Shown: one piece after another, positions 28,588 through 37,478 of the stretch
How positions within the stretch are numbered: the first letter of the stretch is position 1
Layout: the number at the start of each line of letters is the position of its first letter
Virus record (IMG/VR): IMGVR_UViG_3300035670_000075
Coordinates: 32,001-96,000 of that record
Strand: one strand, 5' to 3'
DNA: 64,000 nucleotides
Source of the DNA: a virus
The notes under the pieces: model-generated
The model's database searches: none
Told to the model about the DNA's origin: nothing
What the model saw: only the letters and a program-made list of their open reading frames with translations
Translations under genes and position numbers: made by a program

Positions 28588-28998
28588 TTACTTGATTTCG
28601 ACCCAGACACCCGTGGTGTCTAAATCGACAATTTTGCCAGCGGCGGATCGCGTGCCAGTGCCGTCGGTTTTCGCAACGGTTTGGTCATCGACGATATAGC
28701 AAGTGTCGCCAATTTGCGCTGCGGTGATTTCGTCAGCCGCCGCCGAGTTACCAAAGCGGAACACGCCTTTGCGTACCAGCACGTTGACGGCACCATCAGC
28801 GCCAGCCGAGTTATCGACCGTTGCTTGGTAAACGCCATCTGCAATCAAGCCGGTTGCGGTGCTGCCGGGCGCGGAATAACCCGTCGCATTCAACACGGCG
28901 ATACCGCCTGCGTAGCAAGTGGTGGTCGCGGCAACCGGACGGTTGAACTCGTCGCCTTTGCGCTCAGGGGTGGCGCGGTCTGCGGTTAAAGCTGCCAT
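28588..28998 (-). CDS. Head decoration/cement protein
   Basis: MAALTADRATPER...IGDTCYIVDDQTVAKT...GVWVEI. Confidence 0.75.
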   Translation of the reverse strand: MAALTADRATPERKGDEFNRPVAATTTCYAGGIAVLNATGYSAPGSTATGLIADGVYQATVDNSAGADGAVNVLVRKGVFRFGNSAAADEITAAQIGDTCYIVDDQTVAKTDGTGTRSAAGKIVDLDTTGVWVEIK

Positions 28999-29001
28999 GT
29001 G

Positions 29002-30471
29002 TTAGCCCCCCATCAGCAGGTTGTTTTTGGAGCGCACTTGCTGTGCGGATTTTTTGAACGCATCAGCATCCAAGCCCATTTGACGCGCGATGGTAGACTG
29101 CGCGATGGTCAAGCCGCTGTCTTCGTCGTATTCGTGGACGCCGCCGGTTTGAGAAGCTGCAAACGCACGCATCGGCGTACATGCCGCCAAATACTCTTTC
29201 AGTCCGTCGATGTTTTGCGCACCCATGCGCTTAGCCCAGGTGACTTCGGCTTGGCTGACCAGCTTGCCGCTGGCTTGAGCTTCGGCAATCAGGGATTCCA
29301 ACTCGCGGGCTTTCGCGTCGCGCTCTTGGGCTTCCAGTTTTTCCGTCAGCTTGGCGATGATTTCTTTCTGCTCCATCAGCACACTCTGATCGGGCAGAAC
29401 ATCATTACCTTTGGTAGTTGCGGCGGGGGCAGCAGTGGATTGTTTATCGGCAAGAATTGCCGCGATTTTTTCGTCTTGCGCTTTCAAGTTGGCTTGCATC
29501 GTTTCGATAGCGGAGGATGCTTTGGCGGACTTGGCGATCAGATTACCGACCGCCTCAGCCACCGCGTCATCGCCAGCATCTTCCGGCAGGCCAAGCGCAG
29601 TTTTCATTGCTTGATAGTCCATTGAATGACTCCTGTTTTGAGTTTGCTTGGATTGACTGGGTGATAACTCGCTGATCACGGATTCCAGGCTACCCAACCT
29701 GTCCGCCAGCCCTGCTTCAACAGCCTTGGCTCCCGTCAGGATGCCGCCGCCACCGAATCTATTAAGAACTGTGTCGATTGATACGCCACGGTTTCGCGCC
29801 ACATCACGCACGAACACATCGGCTAAATCGTCCACGTTTTGTTGAATTTGCGAGCGCCCGTCTTCCGTCGCCGGATCGGGGCGTTTATTCGGGGATTGCG
29901 ATGACACGATTTCGTGCTCAACAACGCCAAGCCCCTCTTTCATCTTCCGGCTGTCAACATAAGTAGCAACAACACCGATAGAACCCAGTTGCGCGGTTTT
30001 ATCAACCACGATGTCGCCCTTCTTGACTGCGCTGGACAGCCAGTACGCAGCACTTGCCGCCATGCCACCAACGTAGGCTATGATTCGCTTCTGCTTGGCG
30101 TAGGCGCGAATGTGGGACGCCAACTCGCTAATCCCGGTGACATGCCCGCCTGGGCTGTCAACCAATAACACGATGCCGTTGACTTCCGGGTTATCGACCG
30201 CAGCGGAGATGTCTTTTGCCAACACTTCGACCGACGTTGCGCCGCTGATTTCCGTCATTAAATTGGCTTTGGGGAAAATCGCGCCTTCAATTGGAATGAT
30301 TGCAACGCCATCCCGATAGGTGACAGTGCGTGTATATTGCAGCGGCTCGCCACCACGCATCAGAACTGAGTGGTACTCGTTCTCGCGCTGCGCAATCGTG
30401 CGAATCATCTCCAGCCATTCGGCTGTAATCAGCCACGGCGCGGAGTCGATGAGGTGAATTAACGGTTTCAT
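29002..30471 (-). CDS. S49 (SppA-like) prohead protease fused to scaffold; probable internal scaffold start at 29622
   Basis: DSPGG, AASAAYWLSS, GSIGV; C-terminal IARQMGLDADAF; AGGAG RBS before MDYQAMK. Confidence 0.88.
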   Translation of the reverse strand: MKPLIHLIDSAPWLITAEWLEMIRTIAQRENEYHSVLMRGGEPLQYTRTVTYRDGVAIIPIEGAIFPKANLMTEISGATSVEVLAKDISAAVDNPEVNGIVLLVDSPGGHVTGISELASHIRAYAKQKRIIAYVGGMAASAAYWLSSAVKKGDIVVDKTAQLGSIGVVATYVDSRKMKEGLGVVEHEIVSSQSPNKRPDPATEDGRSQIQQNVDDLADVFVRDVARNRGVSIDTVLNRFGGGGILTGAKAVEAGLADRLGSLESVISELSPSQSKQTQNRSHSMDYQAMKTALGLPEDAGDDAVAEAVGNLIAKSAKASSAIETMQANLKAQDEKIAAILADKQSTAAPAATTKGNDVLPDQSVLMEQKEIIAKLTEKLEAQERDAKARELESLIAEAQASGKLVSQAEVTWAKRMGAQNIDGLKEYLAACTPMRAFAASQTGGVHEYDEDSGLTIAQSTIARQMGLDADAFKKSAQQVRSKNNLLMGG

Positions 30472-30567
30472 GTATCGGATAATAACCTGTTTATTTTTGC
30501 AAGTCATTGTTATAATGGTAAAAATAGCCTGCTAGGTAGCTATGTATAAACTATAGAGGATTATGCG

Positions 30568-30789
30568 ATGACAGATTTGCCAGTAAACGAAGATAAACCA
30601 GCGAAGCCAGTGACAGCAGAACAGCAGGTGGTGCAGCTTAATGTGCGCGTGCCGCTGCACATGAGAATAAAGCTGTCTGCGCTGTCAGAAATAAATGGCG
30701 TTGACATGCAGGAACTTGTGCAGCAGTGGATTGCAGAGAAGTTGATTGAAAGCGAGGACGAGGTGCGGAAGTTTTTAAGTTTTCGTTGA
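30568..30789 (+). CDS. Ribbon-helix-helix regulator
   Basis: QLNVRVPLHMRIKLSALSEINGVDMQELVQQWI. Confidence 0.7.
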   Translation: MTDLPVNEDKPAKPVTAEQQVVQLNVRVPLHMRIKLSALSEINGVDMQELVQQWIAEKLIESEDEVRKFLSFR

Positions 30790-30867
30790 TTTTTGTTGTG
30801 TTTATTTGTGTTAACGTGTAAACTATTGCTACTTGTTGCTTGATACAAAAAACAGGAGTGATCTGAT

Positions 30868-31236
30868 ATGGCAATGAACAAAACAGAAAAAGCTAAAATG
30901 CAAGAGCTTGAAGAGCAGATTCAGATTGCGCTGGCGCTACGCTGGACGGAAAAAGTGCTGCCTGACGTGGAAAAGCCCGAATCGTTTTCAAATAAAATAG
31001 CGAGAGGCTTTCTTTTCAACGCTTATACAGGTCAAGTAGATGAGATGTGGTCAGAATCTATACGCCACGGATATGCTACATCGCCTCAGCGCGGCTCTCA
31101 GGGCGGCATCAGCATGTACAGCACAAGGCTGTTGGCGTTAAAAGCGCTGCGCCACGCGGTAGAAGTGCGCAGTGCTGAGGCTCTGCGCGGCATTGATAAG
31201 AGAATTGCTGCTGAGTTGGCAGCGGATAATAAGTAA
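30868..31236 (+). CDS. Hypothetical phage protein
   Basis: AGGAG RBS; 122 aa. Confidence 0.6.
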   Translation: MAMNKTEKAKMQELEEQIQIALALRWTEKVLPDVEKPESFSNKIARGFLFNAYTGQVDEMWSESIRHGYATSPQRGSQGGISMYSTRLLALKALRHAVEVRSAEALRGIDKRIAAELAADNK

Positions 31237-31302
31237 AATATTTCTACTGGAGTCTAGGTTGCAATGGATACCATTCTTGTGTTGTGCATCTTTATTTGTG
31301 GA

Positions 31303-31332
31303 ACGGTGTCGGCTGTACCGCTAAGTTAGGGG
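31303..31332 (-). repeat. Truncated attC half-site (array A)
   Basis: GTCGGCTGTACCGCTAAGTTAGGGG resembles the ends of the other attC sites; the other half is absent. Confidence 0.5.
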
Positions 31333-31337
31333 TTATT

Positions 31338-31520
31338 ATGAATGAGAAAGAGTTGCTTGAGATAATCAACGCATACAAAAACGATATTTTATCCAACGAT
31401 GGAGATAAAGCAGATCGTTTTTTAATGATGCTTGCAAAAGAAGTTGAACGTCAAACACGCCATAAAGCAGTGAAAATTGCTTACGATATGGCAGAGAAAA
31501 TTAGCGATCTGAACTCCTAA
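31338..31520 (+). CDS. Gene-cassette ORF, hypothetical
   Basis: Bounded by GTTAGGGGTT / AACTCCTAAC (9/10 complementary). Confidence 0.65.
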   Translation: MNEKELLEIINAYKNDILSNDGDKADRFLMMLAKEVERQTRHKAVKIAYDMAEKISDLNS

Positions 31521-31613
31521 CGCCGAGCTAAGCCTACCGGTGCTGCCGGTCAACTTGAACCAAAACCGAAAAATCTCGGCGGCACCGGGTCGGCCTTGAG
31601 CGATAAGTTATGG
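31515..31613 (-). repeat. Integron attC site (array A)
   Basis: On +: TCCTAACGCCGAGCTAAGCC...GTCGGCCTTGAGCGATAAGTTATGG; imperfect palindrome with core sites. Confidence 0.85.
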
Positions 31614-31807
31614 CAGATATTACAATGTGCATCAATCAAGCATGTGATATGCGTGAAGACTGCTATAGAGCAAAAGCGACACCTGCTGTTTTCCAAAGTT
31701 TGTGTTTTTTTGCTCCGATAAACGGTAATTGCGAGAATTATATTGAGTATAAGCAGCACACTAAAAAAGCAAAAAATACTGGTATTTGTAGCCATAACGC
31801 TTTATAG
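31610..31807 (+). CDS. Gene-cassette ORF, small Cys-rich protein
   Basis: MADITMC...C..C.R; cassette ends GTTATGGC/GCCATAAC. Confidence 0.65.
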   Translation: MADITMCINQACDMREDCYRAKATPAVFQSLCFFAPINGNCENYIEYKQHTKKAKNTGICSHNAL

Positions 31808-31830
31808 CCAGAAAAACTTCCGCCATATTA
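31791..31830 (-). other. attI-like site heading array A
   Basis: Minus strand GGCGGAAGTTTTTCTGGCTATAAAGC-GTTATGGC; core site without an attC hairpin. Confidence 0.5.
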
Positions 31831-32045
31831 GATAATAGCCATTAAATACGGAGACAATGAATATTTTTTAGCTTGGTATGAAGCGCTATGATTTACCTAC
31901 AACAACAAGCTCACTCCACGCAACCCAATCAGCATCAAACACCATTCCATTGCCATCAACAACACCGACCAACGCCGACGTATTGATATTATCAACATCC
32001 TGCACATGCAGGATGTTACCGTTTCGCATGACATCCATGCCAATC

Positions 32046-32285
32046 TTAACCACCACTCGCAAACCCCGCGTAATTTCTAGCCTTCTCAGCCGCAAGCCTT
32101 TCAATCTGCTTGCGCCTACGCTCTGCTTCCAACTCCGCTGTCCCATCTGGCACAACCAAATAAGCTTGCTGCTTTACGTCATCCCACATCATCCTTGCGG
32201 GGTCGAATGCCGCTGGACTGATGGGGATTATCTTCTCGTTCTGCTTTGGTTGTCTGCCGATAACATCAGGAAAATCACTCGCCAT
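32046..32285 (-). CDS. Hypothetical protein downstream of the portal
   Basis: Overlaps the portal stop; GAGGA RBS. Confidence 0.45.
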   Translation of the reverse strand: MASDFPDVIGRQPKQNEKIIPISPAAFDPARMMWDDVKQQAYLVVPDGTAELEAERRRKQIERLAAEKARNYAGFASGG

Positions 32286-33690
32286 TCAAATCTTCCTCTT
32301 CCACGTCGCTTTCGTTGTCATCGTCACTTACCGGATCGATTGAGTCATCCGTCATGTCATCTTCAGGCTGACTATCAACTGACGGATCTTGTGGCGGCAT
32401 TTCCACATCGCTTTCGCCACCGCCAATATCCTCGTAATCATCGCCGTAACGCTCGGCCACTGATTCCGGCTTCAACCTGTACCCCATAGCGAACAACTCT
32501 TTATCGCGGGCAACGCGCTTGTCCTCGTCTTCAGTAGCAGAAATATCGAAGAAGATTTGCGGCACGCGGCGCAGGTCGCTGGTTCCGGTATTGAGCAACA
32601 TCAGCATCGTCAACAATTGATGCCGAGTGGTTGGCTCGTATTGACGGAAATCTGAAACTGCCAAGTCCCACATTTCCGTGTTGCGCATATCGCCACCGGA
32701 GAATACCCCAGTACGCTCCGCAAAAGCCTTTTCAGAACCAGTCAGCAGGCGGCGAGCCAGTGACCCAAACATATTGTACCAATTGATGAAGCTTGCCGTT
32801 TGACCTTTTACCGCATCAAGCTCTTTGATGTTCATGCGCTCAGGCATAATGCCGTAAGCCTTTTCGATCATCATTGCCATTGCCGACTTGAGTTTGCGCT
32901 GGTCGGTTTTCGATGTGCCTTCAGGGAATGTGGCGAACAGTTTTGGTATACCGTAATTGTGTAGGAACGCTTGTCCGTCGCCATGGGTTTCCATGCGCGA
33001 TAACCACGCCCAAATCAGCGCCATGAACAAGCCTGACTCATGCGGATAGCCTGGCACTGCTTGGTGCTTATGCACGACCCATCCAAACGGCCAAAATGGT
33101 TCGTCACCGCCAAGCCGTGTTTTGTAGCGCAACACGTTTTTGTTTTTACGCCACGGCGTCGCGACAGAGATATTGCGCTGCTGAAATTCAGGAACCCACA
33201 CGCCGTCGATTTTCTTCCACCCGCTGCCGCCTTCCTCGTCGGCAATTTCCATCAGCGAAAACCCGGCACCGATACCGGCAGACAAGCCAAGCAGATAGTC
33301 GTCGAAGTTTTTGATTTGCGCCAGGATGTCGCGCAAGATTTTTACGTTCTTTTTGTCTTCGCGCTTCGCCAGTCCACGGTCTACCACAAATCCGTTTTCA
33401 TCGCGGTAGCTGTCCCAGGTGTAAATGTCGAACGACACTGACAGCGGTGCGGTCGCCCGCATGTTAAAGCCCCACATGATGTCGGGGTCAAAGCGCAGCA
33501 TCATCCACCACAGGCGGGATAATCTTGTCAGGTCGCCGTCATTGGCTTCGCCGATGATGTTGTAGATGTCGGTTGGGCGTAGATTACGGTAAATCTCGCT
33601 GTAATCATTCTGCGCCAAACCGAATGAGATGGCTTCGCCGTCGCTTTCGGTTTGCGATTCTTTCAGTGCTTTAATCGCCATTGCTACCAA
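32275..33690 (-). CDS. Mu gp29-like portal protein (DUF935)
   Basis: GFSLMEI..W, WVVHKH, F.HNYGIP..., IMPERMNIKEL. Confidence 0.8.
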   Translation of the reverse strand: MVAMAIKALKESQTESDGEAISFGLAQNDYSEIYRNLRPTDIYNIIGEANDGDLTRLSRLWWMMLRFDPDIMWGFNMRATAPLSVSFDIYTWDSYRDENGFVVDRGLAKREDKKNVKILRDILAQIKNFDDYLLGLSAGIGAGFSLMEIADEEGGSGWKKIDGVWVPEFQQRNISVATPWRKNKNVLRYKTRLGGDEPFWPFGWVVHKHQAVPGYPHESGLFMALIWAWLSRMETHGDGQAFLHNYGIPKLFATFPEGTSKTDQRKLKSAMAMMIEKAYGIMPERMNIKELDAVKGQTASFINWYNMFGSLARRLLTGSEKAFAERTGVFSGGDMRNTEMWDLAVSDFRQYEPTTRHQLLTMLMLLNTGTSDLRRVPQIFFDISATEDEDKRVARDKELFAMGYRLKPESVAERYGDDYEDIGGGESDVEMPPQDPSVDSQPEDDMTDDSIDPVSDDDNESDVEEEDLNGE

Positions 33691-35306
33691 TCCTCTTCTT
33701 CATATTCATCACCACCGACACCGCCAGTTACAGGTTCAAAGCCGTAATCTTCAAAACCAAGCCCAAGTTCCGACATGTACTTTAGCGCTTGCGTCATCGA
33801 ATCAACTTGGTCTTTGAATTGACTCGACGGGAAATTCATCATTTCTTCCTCGAACAACGCCAGCCAAGGCGCATTTTCAGGCAGGAAAACATTTCCCGCG
33901 ACGAACTGTGCGGAGATTGATTCTGCGCGCGCCAATTTATCTCCCTGCACATAAAACACGTTACCGCGTTCAACGCGGTTGTCGCTCGCCTTCTTTGCCA
34001 CCGGCATCACCGGGACAATATTGAGTGACGGTCGCCGGTCTACACCGAGTTCGTTCAACATCAATCTCCATTCAGCCTCGCGCATTGAGCGCAGTTGCGA
34101 GATAAGTTCCGTCCCGTTTGCCTTGTCCTCAATTAAGATGGCGTCTGGCTTGAACGCATCGGCGCGGGTAATCACCGCCCGCAGCAAATCAGAGAACTCG
34201 ACGCGCTGCCGGTAAACGTCCAGTAGGTAATAGCCGTTGCGCGTTTTTGCCCACTCGGTACACACCGAATATGCGTTACCATCTTTTTTGCTTTTCGCCG
34301 TATCCCACGATGCAACACGCTGGATAATATCACCTATAGAGGATTGATTTCTATATCGCTTGATGTTTACCGCCTTAAATAATCCGCCACCACGCGGCAC
34401 TGGACGCTGTTGATGCTGTGCGGCGTAGTTGTATGAACCGAGTTTTAGCTTCTGCCCGTCGATAAACTTGCGGTCGAAGCCGCGCTCCGGCCACAACAAC
34501 TCGCCTTCCTGCGTGCGTGGGTCAATAAAGCCGAGCGGGTTGTGGATCATCACCTGCGGTTCGTACTCGGAGGGGATTTTTAGCACTACCCAGTTATCCG
34601 GCGAGTTGTCCATGAGATATTGCGCAATATCGCGGGTATCGAGGCGCTGCATGATAAGTATTTTGGCGTGTTTTTGCGGGTTGTTGATACTTGCTTCCCA
34701 CGAATTGCGCCACCATTCCACGACATTATCAAAGTCGGCATTGCTGAGTTGACCGATTTTGCGCGAGTCCATGAGGTCGTCGGCAACGTTGTAATCACCG
34801 CCGTTGCCAAGGATGCCAGAGCCTACCGAAGTGGCGTAGCGGAATCCGCTGTTGTCGTTTTCGTATTTTGACTTGGTATTCTGATCGCCTGTCAACACGA
34901 ATTTGTCACCCCAGTAGCGTTGATACAGAGGTGACTGGATGATACGCCGCGAGTCAACGCTATCGCGCAAAGACAGACTGGCGCTGTGGCTGGCGTAGAG
35001 AAACTTGGAGGACGGTACTTTCGTCCACCACCAGGGCGTGAGGCACGCGGATGCCAGCAAAGACTTGGTGTGGCGGCGCGGGATGTTGATCATGAGGTTG
35101 GTAATCTCGAATCGCAGTGCGGCTTCGAGATGCTCACCCACAGCGTAGTGGTGCCAGTTCAACTGCAAGTCCTCGCCACGTACCGCTTGCCACATCACCC
35201 GCATGAACTCGACAAGACTGCGCTCAGCCAGTTCGCGAACGAGGATGTCGCGGTCGGTGCTGAGTAGTTTTTTGGCGAGCGGAGATAGTCTTGGTTGTTT
35301 TTGCAT
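33684..35306 (-). CDS. Terminase large subunit
   Basis: INIPRRHTKS, IMQRL, AAQHQQRP, SWDTA, IEDKANG, KDQVDSMTQAL. Confidence 0.95.
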   Translation of the reverse strand: MQKQPRLSPLAKKLLSTDRDILVRELAERSLVEFMRVMWQAVRGEDLQLNWHHYAVGEHLEAALRFEITNLMINIPRRHTKSLLASACLTPWWWTKVPSSKFLYASHSASLSLRDSVDSRRIIQSPLYQRYWGDKFVLTGDQNTKSKYENDNSGFRYATSVGSGILGNGGDYNVADDLMDSRKIGQLSNADFDNVVEWWRNSWEASINNPQKHAKILIMQRLDTRDIAQYLMDNSPDNWVVLKIPSEYEPQVMIHNPLGFIDPRTQEGELLWPERGFDRKFIDGQKLKLGSYNYAAQHQQRPVPRGGGLFKAVNIKRYRNQSSIGDIIQRVASWDTAKSKKDGNAYSVCTEWAKTRNGYYLLDVYRQRVEFSDLLRAVITRADAFKPDAILIEDKANGTELISQLRSMREAEWRLMLNELGVDRRPSLNIVPVMPVAKKASDNRVERGNVFYVQGDKLARAESISAQFVAGNVFLPENAPWLALFEEEMMNFPSSQFKDQVDSMTQALKYMSELGLGFEDYGFEPVTGGVGGDEYEEEDW

Positions 35307-35378
35307 TGCTGTAGTTTACATTATTCGTGTAAACGTATACTATTAACATACTCTTTGGCGATAAAAGAGCCTCCAATT

Positions 35379-35406
35379 AAGCCTGCCTCGCGGCGGGCTT
35401 TTTTTT
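35379..35406 (+). terminator. Rho-independent terminator
   Basis: GCCTGCC-tcgc-GGCGGGC-T8. Confidence 0.75.
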
Positions 35407-35514
35407 GCCTGTTGGTTGGTGATTTTTTGTTAACGAGGTATTTATTTCCTATAGGGAATGGTGTAAACTTGCTGTATACACAATCAAAAAGACAACTGCG
35501 AGGCTCTATATTCC

Positions 35515-36375
35515 ATGAGTTTTATAACTCCACCCATCAAAATCCAAGGACGCAAAACAGCCCTGCTTGGCGAGATAGCCAAGTCAATGCCGCAGCGCAT
35601 CGACGGCATCTACTACGAGCCTTTTCTTGGCTCCGCTGCGGTGGCGGTTAATTTTGCCAATCGCGCCAAACAGGGGGCGAGACTGTCTGATGCAAATATT
35701 TGCATTGCGGAGTTCTATCAAAGTCTAGTTTACGGGCGCGTGTCGCCAATGCACTTCGGTCAACACTTGCTGCACGAAGGCAAGGAGTTGGCAAGAATTG
35801 GCGAGAGGCATTACTACAGTGTACGCGAGCGGTTCAATAGCAACTGCAACGTCAACGAACTTGCGCTTGATTTGCTGTTCCTGAATCGCACCTGCTACAA
35901 CGGATTGATGCGCTTCAATCGTAGTGGCGACTTCAATGTGCCGTTCTGCAAAAATCAAAACAGATTGTCAGCTAAGTTTTGCGCCAGCGTAGAACATTCT
36001 GCCGAACAAACGATGGCGGCTTTATCTGGAGGCGAGATTGAGCATTGCGACTGGGAGAATTCAATAAATACCGCTGGCAACGGCGATTTTATATTCCTAG
36101 ACCCACCGTATCTTGGGCTTGAGGCAAATTACATTGCGTCAGGCTGGAGCGAAAAAGACGAAAACGACTTGTACGCCTTCTGTCTCAATACGCCAGCGAA
36201 ATTCATGCTGACAACCTGGGCGGAAAAGCATGGCGGCAAGCCTGCGCGTAATGAGTTCTTCTACTCGCGGTGGGCGAAGAATTTCAATGTTCGCGAAGTC
36301 GAGCACCAATATATCGTCGGCCCGAAAGCGATTAATCGCGGACGGGTTGTTGAGGCGATTGTTACTAACTACTAA
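35515..36375 (+). CDS. Dam-family (D12 class) DNA adenine methyltransferase
   Basis: YYEPFLGSAAV, LNRTCYNGLMRFN..G.FNVP, FLDPPY. Confidence 0.92.
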   Translation: MSFITPPIKIQGRKTALLGEIAKSMPQRIDGIYYEPFLGSAAVAVNFANRAKQGARLSDANICIAEFYQSLVYGRVSPMHFGQHLLHEGKELARIGERHYYSVRERFNSNCNVNELALDLLFLNRTCYNGLMRFNRSGDFNVPFCKNQNRLSAKFCASVEHSAEQTMAALSGGEIEHCDWENSINTAGNGDFIFLDPPYLGLEANYIASGWSEKDENDLYAFCLNTPAKFMLTTWAEKHGGKPARNEFFYSRWAKNFNVREVEHQYIVGPKAINRGRVVEAIVTNY

Positions 36376-36385
36376 CGAGTCAAAC

Positions 36386-37477
36386 ATGAAATTTACAATC
36401 GAAAATCACCTGTTACAAAAAGCCGTCCAAAGCGCAATGAGCGCGATTGAGCGCAAAACAACACTGCCAATTCTCGGCAATATCCTGCTCAAACTTGAAG
36501 GCGGCAAACTTACGTTATTCACCAGTAATAGCGAGCAAGAAGCATCGGTACTTATCGATGATGTTTACGGTGAAGATGGTGAAATCACTGTTCCAGCAGA
36601 AAAGCTATTCAGCATTTTACGGAGCACAGACAAGCAATCTCATGTCGAGTTTAATCTGAGCGGCGTAAAAGCCAACCTGAAGATTGGACGCAGCAAGTTT
36701 GTGTTGGCAACGCTGCCAGCGGATGATTACCCATCTGCCGATAGCGGTATTAAATGGCTGGCTGAGTTCGTAATTTCATCCGAGGCGTTGAAAGCTTGTA
36801 TGAGCAGAGCGTCTTTCGCAATGGCGCAGCAAGACGTGCGGTACTATCTGAATGGGATGCTGTTTGAGTTGCGCGACAATTTGATGACGTGCGTTGCCAC
36901 GGACGGGCATCGCTTAGCGCTCGCTGGCGCTGATGTAGATAGTACGGCAGAAGTCAGTGTTATCATCCCGCGTAAGATGGTCACTGAATTTGTCCGAGTA
37001 ATTACTGGTGATACTGTGACCGTTCGCGTTTCCAGTAACCATATTCAATTCTCTGTCGGCAACACCACGTTCACCAGCAAGCTGATTGACGGCAACTTTC
37101 CTGATTATCATGGCGTTATTCAAGTTCCTCAGTCACGACCGCTAGTATGTGGTACGGATGCAATCAAATCAGCGCTGAGCCGGGTAAGCATCCTGTCCAG
37201 CGACAAATACAAAGGCGTGCGCTTTAACTTGACGGACGACTCAATCCAGCTTAGCTCCAACAATATTGAGCAAGAAGAAGCAGAAGAATTTGTTGTGGTT
37301 GAGTACCGTGGCGATGAGATTGAGGTCGGCTTTAACGTCGGCTATCTGCTTGATGCACTCAATGCCGTCGAAACTGAAAAAGTGGAAATGCACTTCGGCG
37401 ACAGCAATAGTTCCATGCTGCTGATGCCTGAAGGTGATTACAGCGTTAAGTATGTCATTATGCCGATGCGGTTATGA
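36386..37477 (+). CDS. dnaN: DNA polymerase III beta sliding clamp
   Basis: TLPILGN, QDVRYYLNG, VATDGHRL, SKLIDGNFPDY, IGF-like VGFNVGYLLD, YVIMPMRL. Confidence 0.95.
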   Translation: MKFTIENHLLQKAVQSAMSAIERKTTLPILGNILLKLEGGKLTLFTSNSEQEASVLIDDVYGEDGEITVPAEKLFSILRSTDKQSHVEFNLSGVKANLKIGRSKFVLATLPADDYPSADSGIKWLAEFVISSEALKACMSRASFAMAQQDVRYYLNGMLFELRDNLMTCVATDGHRLALAGADVDSTAEVSVIIPRKMVTEFVRVITGDTVTVRVSSNHIQFSVGNTTFTSKLIDGNFPDYHGVIQVPQSRPLVCGTDAIKSALSRVSILSSDKYKGVRFNLTDDSIQLSSNNIEQEEAEEFVVVEYRGDEIEVGFNVGYLLDALNAVETEKVEMHFGDSNSSMLLMPEGDYSVKYVIMPMRL

Positions 37478-37478
37478 C

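Noticed and set aside
27927-29625. 222-aa and 208-aa plus-strand ORFs
   Set aside because: Antisense shadows of the capsid and scaffold genes
27354-33690. Transposable Mu-like phage
   Set aside because: No MuA/MuB in the window; tyrosine integrase, excisionase and primase/helicase replication genes are present instead
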